This document shows, piece after piece, positions 58,608 to 64,000 of a stretch of 64,000 nt of DNA. The DNA lies in the IMG/VR virus record IMGVR_UViG_3300027836_000009, positions 28,114 through 92,113 of that record. One strand, given 5' to 3'. How positions within the stretch are numbered: position 1 is the first letter of the stretch; the number at the start of each line of letters is the position of its first letter. The notes beneath the pieces were generated by a model. The model was not told the DNA's origin, ran no database searches, and saw only the letters and a program-made list of their open reading frames with translations. This DNA is from a virus. A program made the position numbers and the translations under genes.

Positions 58608-59709
58608 TAATAACAACAATGAAAACGAGAGGGATAACCTCTCGTTTTCTTTTTCAGATAAGACTAAGGTTGTATCTGTTGAAACATTATCATATACAGT
58701 TAAGGAATCGTTACAAAGAATCTTAAATGAAAGACATTCTTATGGTGAGAAAAGAATCATTGATCCTAAACACGAAAGATTAAACTTTGCTTGTCCTTAC
58801 TGTGGTGACTCTACTCACGATCATTACAAAAAACGTGGTAACATTTATTTAACAAAAGGATTTTACTTTAAGTGTTATAACTGCGGTAAGTATCGTGACA
58901 TTGAAGGTTTTATGAAAGACTTTCAACAACCTCTAGCAGCTGATGAAATTGTTTTAGCTCGTGAACTAACATCAAAACTGACAAGCTCAGTTAAAGGTAT
59001 TGACCCAACAATGTTTCTTGACGTTGAAGGATTAAAGAAATGGGCAATTGACCGCAAAGTGATTGAAGAAAAGAATAAACTTGTTCAAATTGATAAGTCA
59101 TCAATTTATGTTTATTTACTTAAACGTCTCCAATCCGATATGAATAGATTTGCCTGGGATCCTGAAAAGGAACAGCTTTACATCTTTCACCTAATCCCTG
59201 AAACAACACTTGTGTTAGGTTACCAAATACGTAACTTTAAATACAAACCAAAATATATGACATGGAAACTGTCAAAAATTTATGAAGACTACGGATATGA
59301 CATACCTCAAGAGGTTTTAGACATTGATGATATCTCTACAACTTTTGGCATTCTTGAACTTGATTTAAGTCAACCTATAACCGTTTTTGAAGGTCCACTT
59401 GATTCATTCCTGTTTCGTAATTCAGCAGGAACTTGTTCTTCAAATATTGACTTCCCTATTGATTTAGGATCGTTAAGATACTTATATGACTATGATGACG
59501 CAGGTAAAAAAGCAGCAATGGCAAAACTTGAAAAGGGCCGTCCTGTTTTTTTATGGAGGAAACTATTGCGTGACTTAGGTATAACAATTGAATGGAACAA
59601 GAAAATGGACTTAACTGAATTACTTGTTTACTGTAAACGAAAAGATATCAAACTGCCTGCTTTAAGTGGGTATTTTAGTCAAAGCAAATATGACATATAT
59701 GACATCTGA
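58594..59709 (+). CDS. gp61: DNA primase (T4 gp61-like)
   Basis: Zn domain FACPYCGDS...FKCYNCG; TOPRIM VFEGPLDS and YDYDDAG. The last in-frame ATG before the Zn domain is 58594. Confidence 0.88.
   Translation: MEAYNNNNNENERDNLSFSFSDKTKVVSVETLSYTVKESLQRILNERHSYGEKRIIDPKHERLNFACPYCGDSTHDHYKKRGNIYLTKGFYFKCYNCGKYRDIEGFMKDFQQPLAADEIVLARELTSKLTSSVKGIDPTMFLDVEGLKKWAIDRKVIEEKNKLVQIDKSSIYVYLLKRLQSDMNRFAWDPEKEQLYIFHLIPETTLVLGYQIRNFKYKPKYMTWKLSKIYEDYGYDIPQEVLDIDDISTTFGILELDLSQPITVFEGPLDSFLFRNSAGTCSSNIDFPIDLGSLRYLYDYDDAGKKAAMAKLEKGRPVFLWRKLLRDLGITIEWNKKMDLTELLVYCKRKDIKLPALSGYFSQSKYDIYDI
58621..58654 (+). terminator. Rho-independent terminator after gp32, inside the primase reading frame
   Basis: 12-bp stem gaaaacgagagg/cctctcgttttc with loop gataa, followed by ttttt. 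Confidence 0.75.
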
Positions 59710-59899
59710 CAGAGATAAATTAGGGCTCGAGAAAAATAAAGATACAATAAAAGGTGGTCTTTGTTCCTTTCAGATAGATAATCTGGAATTCGTAAATTTA
59801 GAAATGAATGAAATGAAACCAAAGTTAAAAACGAATGATGAAATAGTAATCGTTAGAAATGGAAAATCAAGGAACAACAGAAACACAAGTCTCTTCTAA
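59699..59899 (+). CDS. Small hypothetical protein
   Basis: ORF bridging primase and uvsY, overlapping both. Confidence 0.45.
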   Translation: MTSDRDKLGLEKNKDTIKGGLCSFQIDNLEFVNLEMNEMKPKLKTNDEIVIVRNGKSRNNRNTSLF

Positions 59900-60320
59900 T
59901 AACGAGCCAATTTATACAAGATTCGCAAAAGAACGCGATGAATGGAGTTTAAAGGTTCAAGATATGGCAGAAAGGCTAAAAGACATTTATAAGTTATCAG
60001 ATCTCTTAACGGACTTGTACTCGTATAGACAAATTGCATTGGAATATACACACACACTGATGTCACATCTAAGCAAATTAAATGCAACATTTCGAGTTAA
60101 GAAAGTTGAGAGATATGATTACTATTCAAGAGGATATGATTTAAGATTGGATAAAGATCCGAAAAATGATCATATCAATGCTGACTTGAATTTAATCGTT
60201 GAACGACGAGAATTGCTACAAAATCATTTAGACTATTTTCGTTCAACAGTAGGTACAATTGACTCAATGTGTTTTGGTATTAAACATCGTATGGCACTTG
60301 AGGAATATAAAAGAGGATAA
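59859..60320 (+). CDS. uvsY: Recombination mediator (UvsY-like)
   Basis: Helical; RYDYYS...INAD...LDYF...FGIKH pattern as in T4 UvsY; near uvsW. Confidence 0.7.
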   Translation: MENQGTTETQVSSNNEPIYTRFAKERDEWSLKVQDMAERLKDIYKLSDLLTDLYSYRQIALEYTHTLMSHLSKLNATFRVKKVERYDYYSRGYDLRLDKDPKNDHINADLNLIVERRELLQNHLDYFRSTVGTIDSMCFGIKHRMALEEYKRG

Positions 60321-61102
60321 TGGGACAAGTAAAAAGAATTGATACACCAGTAGGTAGATTTTATAAATATACGATTGACGCAAACAAATCGTACGACGAA
60401 GGTGGATTTAAACTTATGCCTAGCGTTACAACTGTTTTAGGAATTTTAGGTTCTGATAAGTTGGATAAACTTGAAGCTGCGATGGGTAAAGAAGCTCTAC
60501 AAAAATTGGGACAAAAAGCGGCCTTGAGAGGGACTGCAATGCACATGTTTTTGGAGAACTATTTTATCTGCATCAAGAATGGGAAAGACGCAGATTCTTG
60601 TTTATTATACACACAGAAGAAATCTCCAACCGATTTAGTACATGATGGTTTAGAAATGGAAAGAATCACAGCAGGTCGTGAGCTATTTTATAATTATCTT
60701 TACGAAGGATATCTTGACCGAGTTAAAAAAGTAATCTTTACTGAAAGATTCATTTGGTCAATCATAGCTTTATTTGCTGGTACTGCAGATTTCTGTTTTG
60801 TAAATGAAAACGGACAACTTGTAATAGGTGACTTTAAAAGTGCAAGTTCAATTAAAGACGAAGAAACAATACATAAGTATGAGTTACAGCTTGCTGCATA
60901 CATCATTGCTTTTGAGGAAATATATAAAACAAAGGTTCATCACGCTGAATTATGGATATCTCATCCGCTTGGGATTCAAGAACAGATTTTAGGTGGTGAT
61001 GAATTAGAAGAAAGAAAAAAACAATTTTTAAGCCTAGTTGAGAAATATCATAATGGCTGGGATGCAAGAACTGTCGCAAACAAGTATTGCACCACAGCAT
61101 AA
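60320..61102 (+). CDS. PD-(D/E)xK exonuclease
   Basis: PSVTTVL, RGTAMH, AGTAD, IGDFK and QLAAY motifs. Confidence 0.85.
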   Translation: MGQVKRIDTPVGRFYKYTIDANKSYDEGGFKLMPSVTTVLGILGSDKLDKLEAAMGKEALQKLGQKAALRGTAMHMFLENYFICIKNGKDADSCLLYTQKKSPTDLVHDGLEMERITAGRELFYNYLYEGYLDRVKKVIFTERFIWSIIALFAGTADFCFVNENGQLVIGDFKSASSIKDEETIHKYELQLAAYIIAFEEIYKTKVHHAELWISHPLGIQEQILGGDELEERKKQFLSLVEKYHNGWDARTVANKYCTTA

Positions 61103-61113
61103 AATTACTACTA

Positions 61114-62646
61114 ATGGAAGTGAAAGCAAGAGTAACGCCAGATAACAGATTCTTACAGATAACTGAATGCTCAGAAATAGAACTTGAACAAATAAGATTT
61201 TCATTTAAGAAAAGAATTACTAATTGGAGATTCCACCCACTTGTAAAAAAGAAAATCTGGGATGGCTATATTGCATTTATTGATAAGTACAACAGAATAC
61301 CTGTTGGTCTTTGGAATGAATTAAACGAAACTTGTAAAAAATACGGATTTGACTTACAAGTTGAAGGATTCGGCAATGTTATAGATGAAGAATTTGATGA
61401 AGAAGATTTTCGTCAATGGGTTACTGAGTTTTTTACCGATCATCCAAAAATAGTACCACGTGATTATCAAGTTGACGCATGTATTCCGATTCTTAAATAC
61501 CGTAGAAGTATTAGTGAAATTGCTACATCAGCAGGAAAGACATTAATCATATTTATGATTTTTGGTTATTTACAAAATCGTAAAGGTGCTGGTAAGTTCT
61601 TAATGATTGTTCCTAACACTAACTTAATCTTACAAACTGTTGAAGATTTTGAACTTTACAATAATGATAAGTTAAGATACCAAACTCAAATGTTACATGG
61701 TGGAACTGACAAAGCAAAAAAGAGTGTTGACTTCGCAATAGGTACTTATCAAACACTTGTGAAACAAGCTCCAGAATACTTTGACGATATTGATACTGTT
61801 TGTGTTGATGAAGCTCACCATACTCAAGCAAGTTCAATCAAAAAGATTCTTGTTAACTGTATTAACTCCAGATATGCTTTTGGTTTATCAGGAACCATGT
61901 TACAAAATGGAAGTACTGAAGCAATCACAGTTCAAGCTTACTTAGGACCACTTGTAAATAACATTAGTGCTTCTTTCTTAACAGCAAATAAATTCGCAAC
62001 TCCAATTATCGTTAAAGTTGTTGAAATGGACTATCTTGAATCTGAAGCTCGTGACAAACTGGAAGAACTCCGTAGTCGTAAAGCTGAAATTGAAGGATCT
62101 AAATTATTGGATCTTGAAAGAAGATTAGTTATAGATAACCGTTCAAGATTTCTTTTTGTTTGTGACTTTATTTGTCGCTCAACTAAAAACTCACTTGTTC
62201 TTTTCCAAAATGTAAAAGACGGATACGGAAAAAGGATTTATGATTATATCCGAGAAAAAACAAATGATAAAGTTGTCTTTTATGTAGACGGAAGCACATC
62301 ACCAGATTTACGTGATGATTATATTCACCGTATGGAAGAAGGTGAAGACAAAATAATGGTTGCATCATTTGGTACATTCAGTACAGGTATCTCAATTAAC
62401 AACATTCATAATGTTTACTTTGTTGAATCTTATAAGTCTGAAAAAATCATTCGTCAATCAATTGGTCGTGGAATGAGATTATTTGAAGGCAAGGAAAGAA
62501 CAACTATCATAGATTTCGTTGATGATTTTTCAACAAGCAAGTCAAGTAAAAATGGAAAAAACTATTTAATGAAACATGCGGAAGCAAGAATTCAAATCTA
62601 TCAAGAACAAGGATTCCCATACAAGAAATATAAGGTAAAATTTTAG
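61114..62646 (+). CDS. uvsW: SF2 DNA helicase UvsW
   Basis: WDG-x-I, PRDYQ, ATSAGKT, VDEAH, GLSGT, FSTGISI and QSIGRGMR. Start revised to ATG 61114. Confidence 0.93.
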   Translation: MEVKARVTPDNRFLQITECSEIELEQIRFSFKKRITNWRFHPLVKKKIWDGYIAFIDKYNRIPVGLWNELNETCKKYGFDLQVEGFGNVIDEEFDEEDFRQWVTEFFTDHPKIVPRDYQVDACIPILKYRRSISEIATSAGKTLIIFMIFGYLQNRKGAGKFLMIVPNTNLILQTVEDFELYNNDKLRYQTQMLHGGTDKAKKSVDFAIGTYQTLVKQAPEYFDDIDTVCVDEAHHTQASSIKKILVNCINSRYAFGLSGTMLQNGSTEAITVQAYLGPLVNNISASFLTANKFATPIIVKVVEMDYLESEARDKLEELRSRKAEIEGSKLLDLERRLVIDNRSRFLFVCDFICRSTKNSLVLFQNVKDGYGKRIYDYIREKTNDKVVFYVDGSTSPDLRDDYIHRMEEGEDKIMVASFGTFSTGISINNIHNVYFVESYKSEKIIRQSIGRGMRLFEGKERTTIIDFVDDFSTSKSSKNGKNYLMKHAEARIQIYQEQGFPYKKYKVKF

Positions 62647-62660
62647 CATACCTCAGCAAA

Positions 62661-62668
62661 GATATATA
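62661..62668 (+). promoter_or_regulatory. Putative late promoter box GATATATA
   Basis: Intergenic, 18 nt before ATG 62687. Confidence 0.55.
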
Positions 62669-62686
62669 GTTTAAATTAGATCATAA

Positions 62687-63058
62687 ATGAAGAACTATTC
62701 AGAATTTATTACTGAAGGTAAAAAAGGTCCAACTCCAGCAGGTAATGTTATTACACCTACCAATGCAGGAGCTATGAAGTCAACAATCAACACTACTGAT
62801 GAAACGTCAGAAGCATTGAGAAGAAATCTTCTAGACAAATTTTATACAAAGCTCGAGAATGACGAGGACAAAGACGCAGTTAATAAATGCGTCTCTACAG
62901 TAGTTTATTGTCTGAGCAAAAATATGCGAGTTGATAGTGACATAATTGAGCTTCTTGCGAAAAAAACAGGTAAAGAGAAAAAAGATGTTGTAAAAACTAT
63001 TGAAGATGAAACAAATAGTTATTACGGCGGTGCTGATAATCTTTACGGAAGAAAATAG
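62687..63058 (+). CDS. Head-internal protein with a T4-type capsid-targeting sequence
   Basis: N-terminus MKNYSEFITE compared with T4 IPII/IPIII MKTYQEFIAE. Confidence 0.7.
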   Translation: MKNYSEFITEGKKGPTPAGNVITPTNAGAMKSTINTTDETSEALRRNLLDKFYTKLENDEDKDAVNKCVSTVVYCLSKNMRVDSDIIELLAKKTGKEKKDVVKTIEDETNSYYGGADNLYGRK

Positions 63059-63084
63059 TATTAAAAATAAAATCATAATATAAC

Positions 63085-63996
63085 ATGAAAAAGTTTACAG
63101 AATGGGTAGGAGCAATTCGCGAAGCTGAGGAAAAACAGATGTCAGAATTACAAAAATCCTATAAAGATTACTTTGGAGCAAAGCTTAATAAATTTAACGC
63201 AAAATCTCCAGCTGATTTAACAGAAGAACAAAAGAAAGAGTTCTTTAACGAAATCAAAAAAGATTGGGAAATAGGAACTGGCGCAAAACCTGCGGGTAAG
63301 AAAGATGTTGAAGAACATGGTGTTAAAGAATCAGAAGAGTTTGATATGAGTGAAGGAGTTTTTTATAGACTTCCTAGAAAAATGATTCAAGATGAATTGT
63401 GGTTGACTACAAAAAATTTACAAAACTTCTTTAATAATGCATCAGCTGGTACTGATGTTGACCCAGGAGTTCTTGACACAATTATTAAAAGTTTAGGAAA
63501 TGCTAAAAAGGAATTAAAAAAATTCACTAACGTTGAAGATGTTAAAGGTTCTGTTTACGAATCTAAAGAAGTTAAAGAATCTTTAAATGAAGGTGGCCAA
63601 GAAGAACAAGTAAAGAAAGAATGTATTACTAAACTTTCTCAATTTTTCGGGGTAAATCCAGGTAACTTATCTAAATTTAATTTTGACGGTAAAGATAATA
63701 TCAAAGAACTTACTAAAGCTCTTGGATCTACATCAGATGAAGGTACTGAACATATTTACAGAGTTGCTGTTACGGTGGCAAAAAGTAATTTGGGTGTTAA
63801 AGAATCTGAAGAAGTTAATGAAGCAGAAGTAAAAAATGCTAAAGACTTTGAAGAATATGCTATGGCTATTCTAAAAAAACAACACGGTGATGATTTTGAC
63901 GAAGCTAAAGCTAAAAAAACAGTTAGTGGTTTAACTGCAGCTGCTGAGAAAGATGGTGACTGGGGCGCTGCTGTTGGAAAATTACAAAACGCATAA
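63085..63996 (+). CDS. Head-internal/prohead-core protein with multiple protease-site-like linkers
   Basis: MKKFTEW...IRE N-terminus; repeated VKESEE, VKESLNE and VNE linkers between small helical domains. Confidence 0.65.
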   Translation: MKKFTEWVGAIREAEEKQMSELQKSYKDYFGAKLNKFNAKSPADLTEEQKKEFFNEIKKDWEIGTGAKPAGKKDVEEHGVKESEEFDMSEGVFYRLPRKMIQDELWLTTKNLQNFFNNASAGTDVDPGVLDTIIKSLGNAKKELKKFTNVEDVKGSVYESKEVKESLNEGGQEEQVKKECITKLSQFFGVNPGNLSKFNFDGKDNIKELTKALGSTSDEGTEHIYRVAVTVAKSNLGVKESEEVNEAEVKNAKDFEEYAMAILKKQHGDDFDEAKAKKTVSGLTAAAEKDGDWGAAVGKLQNA

Positions 63997-64000
63997 TATG

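Noticed and set aside
60320-61102. Cas4/CRISPR association of the PD-(D/E)xK nuclease (and of the RuvC-like gene)
   Set aside because: No four-Cys Fe-S pattern, no array and no other cas genes; the context is the standard T4-like replication/recombination cluster.
832-63076. Numerous short antisense or nested ORFs in the track (e.g. 832..1068, 29858..30466, 40519..41061, 54801..55094, 62831..63076)
   Set aside because: They lie within well-supported genes, have no motifs or leaders, and are expected shadow ORFs.
1-64000. Stop-codon reassignment (TAG or TGA) as in some large Bacteroidota phages
   Set aside because: Multi-kb ORFs are intact in code 11, and TAG (e.g. 29946, 62646) and TGA (e.g. 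26700, 59709) end conserved proteins at their expected C-termini.
1-64000. tRNA, rRNA, CRISPR array, integrase/transposase, intron or intein
   Set aside because: Intergenic gaps are short, with no cloverleaf or repeat-spacer pattern seen; primase, UvsW and PhoH are of normal length with no visible insertion.

Overview
AT-rich, gene-dense, almost entirely plus-strand segment of a large T4-like (myovirus, probably jumbo) bacteriophage genome read in the standard code 11. A-rich leaders without Shine-Dalgarno sequences and Bacteroidota-style tail-fibre and lysis proteins suggest a Bacteroidota host (inference). Layout: small non-structural genes including a NUDIX hydrolase (1-4.2 kb); a baseplate/neck module (gp53-, gp27-, gp5-, gp13-, gp25-, gp6- and gp7-like; 4.3-26.1 kb) interrupted by an S1-domain protein plus amidoligase pair; an enzyme island (HAD, PhoH, SET, PolB-type exonuclease, Nei; 26.1-29.9 kb); giant structural/tail-fibre genes (30-55.9 kb); a replication/recombination cluster (RuvC-like, gp32 SSB, primase, UvsY, PD-(D/E)xK nuclease, UvsW; 56.3-62.6 kb); and head-internal proteins. 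Most notable observations: a Nei glycosylase colinear with vertebrate NEIL1; a set of proteins with T4-like capsid-targeting N-termini, one with an acidic pro-region followed by an amphipathic membrane-active-looking peptide; a probable pseudoknotted gp32 leader; a terminator inside the primase coding region; two promoter classes (RATATATA and GAACTAWTT-n-TATA); a three-hairpin intergenic RNA; and a candidate single-protein spanin ending in a beta-signal. All family assignments come from motif recognition by eye; no searches were run.
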